This document shows positions 18,481-27,070 of a DNA stretch of 64,000 bases, piece by piece. Position numbers and translations under genes: made by a program. Numbering within the stretch: position 1 is the first letter of the stretch; each line of letters begins with the position of its first letter. The DNA is from Candidatus Aminicenantes bacterium (GTDB lineage Bacteria > Acidobacteriota > Aminicenantia > Aminicenantales > JAFGBC01), in contig OY969696.1 of the NCBI GenBank assembly GCA_963702005.1, positions 1,440,001 through 1,504,000 of the forward strand, read 5' to 3'. Under the pieces are notes generated by a model, which was given only the letters and a program-made list of their open reading frames with translations, was not told the origin of the DNA and searched no databases.

Positions 18481-20799
18481 TTATTTCATGATCCGGGGCG
18501 TAATGAAGATGAGCAGCTCCCGGTTCTGCTTCGTCCGGGCTAAAGACCGGAACAAGTTCCCCAGGATGGGGATCTTATTGAGGAAGGGAACGTCGTTCCG
18601 GGTCAGGGAATCCTCCAACCGGTAGATGCCGCCGATGACGGTCGTCCCTCCGTCCGGGACCATGACCGTCGTTTTGGCGCTCTGGGTCGTGATAGGCGGG
18701 ATTCCGTTGACCAGGTTGCCGAAGTCCGCCGCGTTGTTCTTGATGTCCAGGTTCATGATGATCGTGCCTTCGGCCGTGATTTGGGGGGTCGCTTTGAGCT
18801 CGAGGGCGGCGTTGACGTATCTGGTCGAGACCGTGAAGTTGGCCACGGTCTGGACCGGGATCTGCCGGCCCTGGATAATCTCGGCCTCTTGGTTGTTCTG
18901 GGCGGTAACCTTGGGGCAGGAAATGATCTTGCCGTTGCCCGTAGTCTCAAGGGCCGAAAGGGCCAGGTCGAGCCGGAAGGTATCCAGGACGTTGGCGAAG
19001 GAAACCCCGAGGGCGGTGTTGAAGGCTGGAGCCGGCAAGTTGACGGCGTAGCCTCCCAGGGGGCCGCCGATGCCCTTGGTCACGATGCCCGTAGGGATCA
19101 GGGCGCCGTCGGCCAGAACTTTGCTCGGGAACTGGAGGGAAGTCGGGTTTCCGTAGAAGGGGTCGGCAATGCCTTTGAATCCCCATTGGATGCCCAGGTT
19201 GCGGACGAAGGACGCCGTCGCCTCGACGATCCGGGCCTCGATCGAGACCTGGGGTGTGGGCGTGTCGACGACCGAGATGAGCCGCTCGATCAGGTCCAGT
19301 TTGTCCTTGACGTCCGAAATAATGAGAGTGTTCGTCCGGTCATCGGTGATGATCTCGCCGCGCCGGGATTTTTTGGTCTGGAGGAGCTTGAGGACGTCGC
19401 TGGCCTTGGAGTAGGAGAGTCTCACTGTTTTGACCTGGAGGGGGCCGGCCAGCTCTTTGCTCTCCCGGATCTGGCGCTGTTCATCCTCCTCACGGGTCAG
19501 GACGGTGACGGGCGCGATCCGGAGGACGTTGCCCTCGATCGTTTTCCCCATTTTATTGTTGCGGAGGATGATGTCGAGGGCCTGGTCCCAGGGAATGGAA
19601 TCGAGGTCGCAGGTCACGATCCCCCGGACGTCCGGGTCGAAGATGACGTTCAGGTTGGCGAATTCGCCCAGGTAAAGGACGACGTCGCGGAGGTCGGCGT
19701 CCTTAAACTTCATGCTGATGATATCCCCCGTGTATTTCTCTTCCTGGGCCATGATCGTCTGGGGCTTGAACTTATCCTCCTGGTCGGTCTGGGAAGCCGC
19801 TTTATCCACGGTTTGGGCCGGTGCCGGAGGCTGGGATTGCTGGGGGGCGGATGAAACGGGATCGGGGGAGACGGGTTTGGGCTCGGGGCGAGTCTGGGAT
19901 CGTTCGGGGATGGTCACTGCGGGGAGGACGGGCGGCTTCGAGCCGTTCGGCGTCGTCTCCAGCGCGGTCCGGGCAGCCACCGGGGCGGTCGTCATCTGGG
20001 GAGCGGCCTGATTCTTGAGAAAGGCCAGAGTCAGCTCGCGCTCGCCGTTCTGAAGGTCGAAGCGGCCGGGCTCGGAGAGATCGCAAACGAGCCTGGCGAC
20101 CAGGCGGGGATTGCCCTTCTGGAACTGGCCGACTCGAACCCTTTCCAAGCCGTTCCTGTTAACCGGGTAGATATCGCCGCTCCTGCTGTAGCTTGCGTCG
20201 AACAGATCGACGACGAGCCGGGGCGGATTGTCCAGGGCAAATATCTGGGTGGGGACGGGGCCGCTCAACCGGGCCTTAACCAGGACCCGGTCCTCGGACT
20301 CGGCGATGTCGATTCTGTCGAAAAGAACCCGGCCTTCCTTCCGTTCCCGGAGGGCCTGCTGAAGGCTGGGATCGATCCAATAGTCGCTTAGCCCTCTCTG
20401 GATTTTGACCAGTTCGAGGATGGTCGACTTGGGCCCGCTGGCGATCCGGAAGGGAACCCGCTCGCTCAAGGCGACCAGGCAGTGGACTTGGCCGTCGTCG
20501 GTCTTCTCCCACTGGATGCTCTTGATGAACGAAGCTTCCTCGGCCGGGATGGGCGGAGTCTGGAGGACTTGGACCGAACCCAGGTCGAGTACGATCGTCT
20601 GGGGGAGCTCACGGGCATAATAGGCCTTCTGGAGGGGGAGGCTCGCGTCCGTCTCGAAGACGACGCGGGCGGAGAGCTTGCCGGGCTGGACGGAGATCCT
20701 CTGGACGTTGACGCTGGCCGCGCCGGCCTGTGCGGCGAGGTCGATCAGGGCCAGAAGGCAGAAGGCGATCAGGACCTGTCGGCAAATGTTCCTTTTCAT
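18481..20799 (-). CDS. pilQ: Type IV pilus secretin PilQ with N-terminal AMIN domains
   Basis: NPPRLVVDL and RVRVGQF (AMIN), YTGDIISMKFKDADL, PWDQALD, QVSIEARIVE, VPFLNKIPILGNLF, ELLIFITPRI. Confidence 0.93.
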   Translation of the reverse strand: MKRNICRQVLIAFCLLALIDLAAQAGAASVNVQRISVQPGKLSARVVFETDASLPLQKAYYARELPQTIVLDLGSVQVLQTPPIPAEEASFIKSIQWEKTDDGQVHCLVALSERVPFRIASGPKSTILELVKIQRGLSDYWIDPSLQQALRERKEGRVLFDRIDIAESEDRVLVKARLSGPVPTQIFALDNPPRLVVDLFDASYSRSGDIYPVNRNGLERVRVGQFQKGNPRLVARLVCDLSEPGRFDLQNGERELTLAFLKNQAAPQMTTAPVAARTALETTPNGSKPPVLPAVTIPERSQTRPEPKPVSPDPVSSAPQQSQPPAPAQTVDKAASQTDQEDKFKPQTIMAQEEKYTGDIISMKFKDADLRDVVLYLGEFANLNVIFDPDVRGIVTCDLDSIPWDQALDIILRNNKMGKTIEGNVLRIAPVTVLTREEDEQRQIRESKELAGPLQVKTVRLSYSKASDVLKLLQTKKSRRGEIITDDRTNTLIISDVKDKLDLIERLISVVDTPTPQVSIEARIVEATASFVRNLGIQWGFKGIADPFYGNPTSLQFPSKVLADGALIPTGIVTKGIGGPLGGYAVNLPAPAFNTALGVSFANVLDTFRLDLALSALETTGNGKIISCPKVTAQNNQEAEIIQGRQIPVQTVANFTVSTRYVNAALELKATPQITAEGTIIMNLDIKNNAADFGNLVNGIPPITTQSAKTTVMVPDGGTTVIGGIYRLEDSLTRNDVPFLNKIPILGNLFRSLARTKQNRELLIFITPRIMK

Positions 20800-20800
20800 C

Positions 20801-21262
20801 TTAGCGCTCCTCCGCAGCGATTTCCTTGACGATATCCTTCGGTCTCATCAGCGGGATCCCTCGTTCGTTGACCTTCCGGAAGACGACCTGGGTCTCGGAG
20901 ATGGAGAGGATATAGCCGTCCGCGAATCGGGTTCCGGTGTGGACGAATAGGGGAAAGCCCTGGGGGCCGCTGAGGATGGCCGTCAGCTTGCCCCGGGCCT
21001 TGACGATCCCCTTGAGGATGAGATCATCGATGGCCAACTCGTTCATCTCCCCGGAACCCGCCTTCTCCTTGAACTCCTTGCCCGCCAGGAGGTCCTTGAA
21101 GGGATCCCTCCGGCCGGCCGGGTTGTAGAGGGAAGGCTTGGACAGATCCAGCCCCTCGAGCGTAGGCTCTTGAGAACCGGCGGCCGTGGTCTGGGCCATG
21201 ACCAGCCCCGAGGCTAAGGTCAGGAACGCCAAAACCAGCAAGCCGTGGACAATTTTTCTCAT
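20801..21262 (-). CDS. pilP: Type IV pilus assembly protein PilP-like
   Basis: YNPAGRRDPF motif, L.LKGIV; position between pilO and pilQ. Confidence 0.8.
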   Translation of the reverse strand: MRKIVHGLLVLAFLTLASGLVMAQTTAAGSQEPTLEGLDLSKPSLYNPAGRRDPFKDLLAGKEFKEKAGSGEMNELAIDDLILKGIVKARGKLTAILSGPQGFPLFVHTGTRFADGYILSISETQVVFRKVNERGIPLMRPKDIVKEIAAEER

Positions 21263-21855
21263 TTGGCACCCCCCGTCTTGACCGGCGCTTTCTTGGCCGT
21301 CTTTTTGGCCGGGGCCGGCAGCTCCTCGTGGAAGAAATAGGTCTGGGCCGTCCAGGTCGCCGATACGGTCGCCGCCTCCGTTTGCTTGGCCAGGGCCCGG
21401 ATCGTGAAGTTTTCGACGGTGAACAGGCGCGAGAAGCGGCTGAGACGGTCGAAGAATATCGCGAGGTTGTGGTAGGTCCCGGTGATCTCGATCGGGATCT
21501 GCCACTCCGAATGGAATTCCTTGATGACTTCCGGCTTGGGCGTGAACTTGATGATGTTGAGGCGGGAGTCGTAGGCCAGCTGCTGGATCTTCTTGAGGAT
21601 GTCCCCCGATTCCTTCTGGTCGGGGATGATCTGCTGGAGGTCCCTGAGGCGCTGATCGAGGTCGACCAGCTCTTTCTCGATTTTGTCGAGCTGCTGCTTC
21701 TTGACGCGAAGCTTGGAGACTTCATCCTCGATTTTGATCCGTTCCGTCTGGACCTTCTTGAGTTCGCCCGACTTGGGCTTGTAATAGAAAAGGAAGAAGA
21801 GTCCGAAGATGATGACGGCCAGGACGAGATATCCGTACCAGGGCCAATTTTTCAT
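21259..21855 (-). CDS. pilO: Type IV pilus assembly protein PilO
   Basis: N-terminal TM, coiled coil, IPIEITGTYHNLAIFFDRLSRFSRL. Confidence 0.9.
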   Translation of the reverse strand: MKNWPWYGYLVLAVIIFGLFFLFYYKPKSGELKKVQTERIKIEDEVSKLRVKKQQLDKIEKELVDLDQRLRDLQQIIPDQKESGDILKKIQQLAYDSRLNIIKFTPKPEVIKEFHSEWQIPIEITGTYHNLAIFFDRLSRFSRLFTVENFTIRALAKQTEAATVSATWTAQTYFFHEELPAPAKKTAKKAPVKTGGAK

Positions 21856-22517
21856 TTCGTACCCCCTTTGGCGGCGGGCTTCTGGACGGTCGGCGCCGCG
21901 GCCGTCCCGGCCGGGGGCGTCCCCGGCGGAGGTGCGGCCGTTTCCGGTTGAGCGGAGACGTTGGCGGTCAGCAGGAACTCCAGAAACTGGTTGTTCTGGA
22001 CCGTTTTCTGGGTTGAAGACTTGATGTCGACCTTGGCCAGGAAGGGGCTGTTCTCGAGGGCGATCATGTAATCGGCGATCAGGTTGTTGGACAGGGCCTT
22101 TCCTTTGATCGAGACGACCCCCTTGTCGTAGGATGCCTCGGTCAGCCAAACCCATTCAGGGAGGGCCTTGCTGACCTCGTCCATGATGTGGACGATGACC
22201 GCCTGCCGGGCCTGGAGCTCGGTGATGAGGTTGATCTTCTTCTCAAGGTTCGCCTTCTGGGCCTCTATCTCGGCGAGCTTGGTGATGACGTATTGGAGCT
22301 TGTTCTTCTCCTGCTTGGCCTGGCTGAGGAGGTCCGCCTCCCTGTCCAGGGCCCGTTTCTGGACGTAGAAGAGGGCGGCGATTCCGACGACGGCCAGAAG
22401 GATGATGAGATTCCCCGAGGGCGCCTTGCCCTTCTCCTTGGGAATTTCCTGGACGGGCAGGGCCGAGACATCCTTCCATTCCTTTTTTTCGGGTTTGAGA
22501 AGGTTGATTCGGATCAT
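21852..22517 (-). CDS. pilN: Type IV pilus assembly protein PilN
   Basis: MIRINLL motif, TM, LPEWVWLT. Confidence 0.9.
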   Translation of the reverse strand: MIRINLLKPEKKEWKDVSALPVQEIPKEKGKAPSGNLIILLAVVGIAALFYVQKRALDREADLLSQAKQEKNKLQYVITKLAEIEAQKANLEKKINLITELQARQAVIVHIMDEVSKALPEWVWLTEASYDKGVVSIKGKALSNNLIADYMIALENSPFLAKVDIKSSTQKTVQNNQFLEFLLTANVSAQPETAAPPPGTPPAGTAAAPTVQKPAAKGGTK

Positions 22518-22523
22518 GGTTGG

Positions 22524-23600
22524 TTATTCCGCCTTTCGGGTGGCCAGCCCCACGGCGACCCCGAACAGGGAGGCCATCTCCCTGGCCAGGACGGGATCCA
22601 ACTTTTTCTCATCGTAGGGGATGTTCCGGAAAGAGTTGAAGATCTCCGTCTTGATGCCGAAGCGCTGCTCGAAGGACGGGCTGATGTTCTTGAGGTTGGC
22701 CAGGCCTCCGCTCAAGAAGATCTGCTCGATCTTCCGTTCCCGTTTCTCGGTCGCCTCGTAGAAGGAAAAGGTCTTCTCGATCTCGTCGAGGAGATCCTTG
22801 ATGTTCATGGCCAGGACGGCGTCGAGCTGTTCGGCCTCGACGGCCTTGACGGGGAGGCCCTTGAGGAGCTTCTCGGCGTCGTCGAAGCTTATGTTGAGTT
22901 CCTTACGCATGTTCTCGGTGAAGAACAGGCCGCCCAGCGACAGGTCCCGGAACAGCTGGGGCGTTCCCCGCTCGAGGATGGCGACGTTGATGATGTTGGC
23001 CCCCAGGTTGATGAGGGCGATCGTTTTGCCGTTGAAGCTGTCGGGGTAATTAATCTCGAGGGCGTTCTGTAGGGCGAAAACGTCGACCTCGATCGCGACC
23101 AGGTTTTTGCGGGCCTGGTGGATGACGTTGCTGTAATTGGCGATCTTGTCCTTCTTGGCGGCGACCAGGAGGATGTCCAGGTTCCGCTCCCGGGCTTCTC
23201 CGGCCGGCTTGAGGATGACGTAATCGACGTTCGTCTCCTCGTAGGGATAGGGGATGTTGTGCTTGGCCTCCCAGATGATGGACTCGGCCAGCTCTTCCTT
23301 TTCCATCGCCGGAAGGGAGATCTTCTTGATGATGACGGAGTTTCCCGAGACCGAGATGACGATGTTCTTGGCCCCGATCTTGTTCTCCTCGAAGATCTGA
23401 CGGATCGTCTCGACGACGGCCGTCGAATCGATGATGGTCCCTTCGACGATGGCGTCGTGGGGGAGGAGGGCATAGCCGAGCTTGACGAGACGGTAGCTCT
23501 CATGACCCCCGCGCCGGCGGGTGATCATTTCGACCGCCTTGACCGCGTGGGAGCCGATGTCCAGCCCCACGCAGCTTTTGTCGTGTCCTAGTCCGAACAT
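22524..23600 (-). CDS. pilM: Type IV pilus assembly ATPase-like protein PilM
   Basis: VGLDIGSHAVK, VIIKKI, LSGG, AVGLA. Confidence 0.92.
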   Translation of the reverse strand: MFGLGHDKSCVGLDIGSHAVKAVEMITRRRGGHESYRLVKLGYALLPHDAIVEGTIIDSTAVVETIRQIFEENKIGAKNIVISVSGNSVIIKKISLPAMEKEELAESIIWEAKHNIPYPYEETNVDYVILKPAGEARERNLDILLVAAKKDKIANYSNVIHQARKNLVAIEVDVFALQNALEINYPDSFNGKTIALINLGANIINVAILERGTPQLFRDLSLGGLFFTENMRKELNISFDDAEKLLKGLPVKAVEAEQLDAVLAMNIKDLLDEIEKTFSFYEATEKRERKIEQIFLSGGLANLKNISPSFEQRFGIKTEIFNSFRNIPYDEKKLDPVLAREMASLFGVAVGLATRKAE

Positions 23601-23613
23601 GTTGGGCCTGCCT

Positions 23614-24120
23614 TTAGACGTATTGCCTCAAACCTTTCGGTTTTCGGGAGATGTCTGTCAAGCGCCGTTCAACGACGGAAGGGACGAGACCCTGGATACA
23701 CCCCCCCAGCAAAAAGACCTCTTTGACCAGGCTCGAGCTGAGGAAAGTGAAATGGAGGCTGGGCATCATGAACAGGGTCTCAATCGCCGGGTCCAGGGTT
23801 CGGTTCATGAGGGCCATCTGGAGCTCAAACTCGAAGTCCGAGACTGCCCGCAAGCCGCGGATGACGGTGTGGATCTTGTTCCGCCGGATAAAGTCCGCCA
23901 GCAGACCGCGGAAAGCCTTGACCTCGATGTTGTCCTGGCGGCGGAAAACCTCGCGGATCATCCGGACCCGGTCCTGGGTAGAGAACAGGGTCTTCTTTTT
24001 GGGGTTCTCGAGGACGGCCACGATGATTTTGTCGAAGATCTTAAGCCCTCTTTGAATAATATCGACGTGCGCGTTGGTCATGGGATCGAATGACCCGGGA
24101 TAGACCGCCCTTTTCTCCAT
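23614..24120 (-). CDS. coaD: Phosphopantetheine adenylyltransferase
   Basis: YPGSFDPMTNAHVDI, RGLRAVSDFEFE, SSSLVKE. Confidence 0.95.
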   Translation of the reverse strand: MEKRAVYPGSFDPMTNAHVDIIQRGLKIFDKIIVAVLENPKKKTLFSTQDRVRMIREVFRRQDNIEVKAFRGLLADFIRRNKIHTVIRGLRAVSDFEFELQMALMNRTLDPAIETLFMMPSLHFTFLSSSLVKEVFLLGGCIQGLVPSVVERRLTDISRKPKGLRQYV

Positions 24121-24414
24121 GGCCTGGCTCACTCCTGGTCCTCGCGGCCGGCGTCCCGGATCGGCTTGAACCTAACAAAAATTGTCAGTTCATCCATGGG
24201 CGTGACCTTTCTCCACCTGAAAGACGGTCGGTTCGTCAAGTCTGTCTCTCCTCCGGGCAAGCCCTTTCCAGATACCGGGATAGCCGAACGGTCTTACTAT
24301 AATCCAGGCGGGTATAGAGAGGTCAATCACCCCCCAGGGGGATTTCATGGATGAATTTGAATTTTTTTTTCTCACCTCAAAGGGTTAGGGGATATAATCT
24401 TGCTTTTCCGGTAC

Positions 24415-24449
24415 TTGACAGGGGAGAATTTAGGTTCCATTAATATAGT
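24415..24449 (+). promoter_or_regulatory. Putative sigma70 promoter of pcm in an AT-rich divergent region
   Basis: Perfect TTGACA at 24415; AT-rich -10 candidates 18-20 nt downstream (spacing not ideal). Confidence 0.4.
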
Positions 24450-24464
24450 TATCCGAGCGTAAGC

Positions 24465-25229
24465 ATGAAACGGAAAATCTTACGGCAGTGGGAATGGGGC
24501 GGTTTATGGCTACTCTTGGCCGTTGGGTTAAGTCAGGCGGCGTATAGGGGGTATTTCCTCCAGAAGACCGATGATGAGGCCTTCTACCTCCGCCTCAGGC
24601 AGAGAATGGTCAGCGAACAGCTTGCGGCCAGGGATATCGTGGATGGGCGCGTGCTGGAGGTCATGGGAAGCGTCCCCCGTCACCTTTTCGTGCCTCCGGA
24701 CCTCAGGGGACAGGCCTATGAGGACTACCCCCTGCCGATCGGCGACGGCCAGACCATTTCCCAGCCGTATATCGTCGCCCTGATGACCCAGTGGACCTCC
24801 CTTAAGGGGACGGATAGGGTCCTGGAAGTCGGGACCGGCTCGGGCTATCAGGCAGCCGTTCTTTCCCGGCTCGTGGATCGCGTTTTTTCCGTCGAGATCG
24901 GCAAGGATTTGGCGCTCCAAGCGGCCCGCAGGCTCAAAGACCTGGGCTTTCTCAACGTCGAAGTGAGGTGGGGGGACGGCTATCTGGGTTGGGAAGAGAA
25001 AGCTCCGTTCGACGCCATTCTCGTAACCTGCGCCGCCCGCCTCTTGCCTCCTTCTTTATTCAGTCAGCTCAAAGAAGGGGGGCGCCTGGTCATTCCTCTT
25101 GAAAAGCCCGGCTTCATCCAGATCTTGACTCTGGTCGAAAAATCGGGAGGACGACCCCGCCTCAAACCCATTCTCGAGGTCCGTTTTGTCCCTATGACGG
25201 GCGCTATCGATAAAATCAAGGCCCCTTAG
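24465..25229 (+). CDS. pcm: Protein-L-isoaspartate O-methyltransferase with N-terminal signal/TM
   Basis: VPRHLFVP, AYED.PLPIG.GQTISQPYIVA, VLEVGTGSGYQAA, APFDAI, VRFVPM. Confidence 0.93.
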   Translation: MKRKILRQWEWGGLWLLLAVGLSQAAYRGYFLQKTDDEAFYLRLRQRMVSEQLAARDIVDGRVLEVMGSVPRHLFVPPDLRGQAYEDYPLPIGDGQTISQPYIVALMTQWTSLKGTDRVLEVGTGSGYQAAVLSRLVDRVFSVEIGKDLALQAARRLKDLGFLNVEVRWGDGYLGWEEKAPFDAILVTCAARLLPPSLFSQLKEGGRLVIPLEKPGFIQILTLVEKSGGRPRLKPILEVRFVPMTGAIDKIKAP

Positions 25230-25247
25230 CCGGGGCGCCTCGCCAAG

Positions 25248-25276
25248 TTGCATTTCCCCCCTTGATATGCTAATGT
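25248..25276 (+). promoter_or_regulatory. Putative sigma70 promoter (extended -10)
   Basis: TTGCAT-17 nt-TAATGT with TG upstream of the -10. Confidence 0.5.
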
Positions 25277-25290
25277 CCCTATTAGGTAGG

Positions 25291-26691
25291 ATGATTAAAT
25301 TCGGAACCTCCGGATGGCGGGCCATCATGGGGGAAGAATTCACTTTCCACAACGTCCGAATCGTCGTCCAAGCCGTCGCTGATCACCTCAAGAAAACCTT
25401 CGCGGACGGCCCCGTTTCCGTCGTAGTCAACTATGACACCCGGTTTCTTTCCGAAAAATACGCCTCCGAGGCCGCCCGGATCCTGTCCTTGAACCGGATT
25501 CATGTCTATCTGGCCGACCGAGATGCCCCCTCCCAGGCTCAGTCTTTCCAGATCCTGCGCAGGAAAGCCCAGGGAGGGATCAATTTCACCGCCTCCTTCA
25601 ACCCCCCCGAGTACAACGGGCTCAAATTCAACGTCGAGACGGGCGCGCCGGCACTCCCCGAGGTGACCAACCGGATCGAAAAGGCGGTTCGGGCCCTTCA
25701 GGTTCGATACACTCCCCCGGCCGTCTATCCGCAGGAAGAGTTCATCGAGAAAATCGACCTCCAGGCCGACTACTTGGCCTTCATCCAGAAAAAGGTCGAT
25801 TTCGACCTCATCCGCGGGGCCCGTCTCAAGATCGGTGTCGACCTCCTCTACGGCACGAGCCGGGAATATTTAGACGGAATCCTGGAGGACAACGGGATCC
25901 CGATCGAGGAAATCCACGGCTACGTCGATCCTTATTTCGGCGGGGTCATTCCTTCCTGCACCGAAGAGAACCTCCGCGAGCTGAGGACGCTCCTTAAAGC
26001 CAAAAAGTGCCAGCTCGGGATCGCAACCGACGCGGACGGCGACAGATTCGGCATCCTGGATCACAAGGGGAGCCTTGTCGAACACAATATTATTATTTCC
26101 CTGCTCCTCGATTACCTGGTTCGGGTCAAGGGGCTGAGGGGCGGCTTGGCCCGGTCCGTAGCCACGACGCACCTTGTCGACCGGATCGCGCGGGCTTATA
26201 ACCTCCCTCTATTCAAGACCCCGGTCGGCTTTAAATATCTGGCCGATCTGTTCCTCCGCCAGGAGATCATCTTCGGCGGCGAAGAGAGCGCCTGCATGGC
26301 CATCAAGGGGCACCTCCCCGAAAAAGACGGCATCTTTGCGGGCCTCCTCGTCGCCGAGATGGTCGCCGCCTCCGGGAAAAGCCTTGTCGAGCTCCAGGAA
26401 GATCTCTTTGCCAGGTACGGCCGGCGCGAGGGAGGGCAGAAGAACGTCGGTCTGACCCCGGAGCGGGGGCGCAATCTCCGAAAGCTCATCAAGAACCCGC
26501 CGGCCCGCCTCGACGGTCGCCGCGTCATCGGCGTCGAAACGCTCGACGGACTCAAGCTGGACTTCGACAACGACGACTGGCTTCTTCTCCGTTCTTCAGG
26601 CACGGAACCGCTCATTCGCTGCTACGCCGAGGCGGATTCCCGCAAGGAGATGGAGAGGCTCATGAAGCGCGGGCTGGAGAAGTTGGCATGA
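25291..26691 (+). CDS. Phosphoglucomutase/phosphomannomutase-family protein
   Basis: IKFGTSGWR, TASFNP (normally TASHNP), DADGDR metal loop, GGEES, RSSGTEP. Confidence 0.9.
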   Translation: MIKFGTSGWRAIMGEEFTFHNVRIVVQAVADHLKKTFADGPVSVVVNYDTRFLSEKYASEAARILSLNRIHVYLADRDAPSQAQSFQILRRKAQGGINFTASFNPPEYNGLKFNVETGAPALPEVTNRIEKAVRALQVRYTPPAVYPQEEFIEKIDLQADYLAFIQKKVDFDLIRGARLKIGVDLLYGTSREYLDGILEDNGIPIEEIHGYVDPYFGGVIPSCTEENLRELRTLLKAKKCQLGIATDADGDRFGILDHKGSLVEHNIIISLLLDYLVRVKGLRGGLARSVATTHLVDRIARAYNLPLFKTPVGFKYLADLFLRQEIIFGGEESACMAIKGHLPEKDGIFAGLLVAEMVAASGKSLVELQEDLFARYGRREGGQKNVGLTPERGRNLRKLIKNPPARLDGRRVIGVETLDGLKLDFDNDDWLLLRSSGTEPLIRCYAEADSRKEMERLMKRGLEKLA

Positions 26692-27005
26692 ATGAGGGGC
26701 GGCGGCGGGGGCGCGTCGGCTGGCGGAAGAAGCTCGTCGTCGGCGCAGGCGTCTTTGTCTTCCTAACCCTCCTGATCACTTCGATTTTTGGGCGGAAGGG
26801 GCTTCTTGAGATGAACCGCGCTAAAAAGGACTATCAGGACAAGGTCGAGCAGGTCCGGCGGCTCGAAAGGGACAGGGAGCGTCTCGTCCGCCAAATCCGG
26901 GAGCTCGAGCGGAATCCCAAAGCGGTCGAGCCCGAGGCCAGGGAAAGAATTTGGCTGGTCAAACCCGACGAGAAAGTCATTGTCAAGAAGGCCGAGGCCC
27001 ATTAG
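26688..27005 (+). CDS. ftsB: Septum formation initiator FtsB/DivIC
   Basis: Single TM, G..GL, coiled coil, E..ARE...LVKPDE. Confidence 0.8.
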   Translation: MNEGRRRGRVGWRKKLVVGAGVFVFLTLLITSIFGRKGLLEMNRAKKDYQDKVEQVRRLERDRERLVRQIRELERNPKAVEPEARERIWLVKPDEKVIVKKAEAH

Positions 27006-27070
27006 TGGCCTTGTGCTTCCCCCTCTCTTCTTTGAAGTCGGCCCGATCGCCTTCAGCCGACGAGCTTCGT

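Noticed and set aside
24205-24260. Glycine riboswitch-like words (GGAGAGA...ACCGA...CTTTCAGG) on the minus strand
   Set aside because: The conserved CCGAAG and P2/P3 pairing are missing, and the downstream gene coaD does not fit
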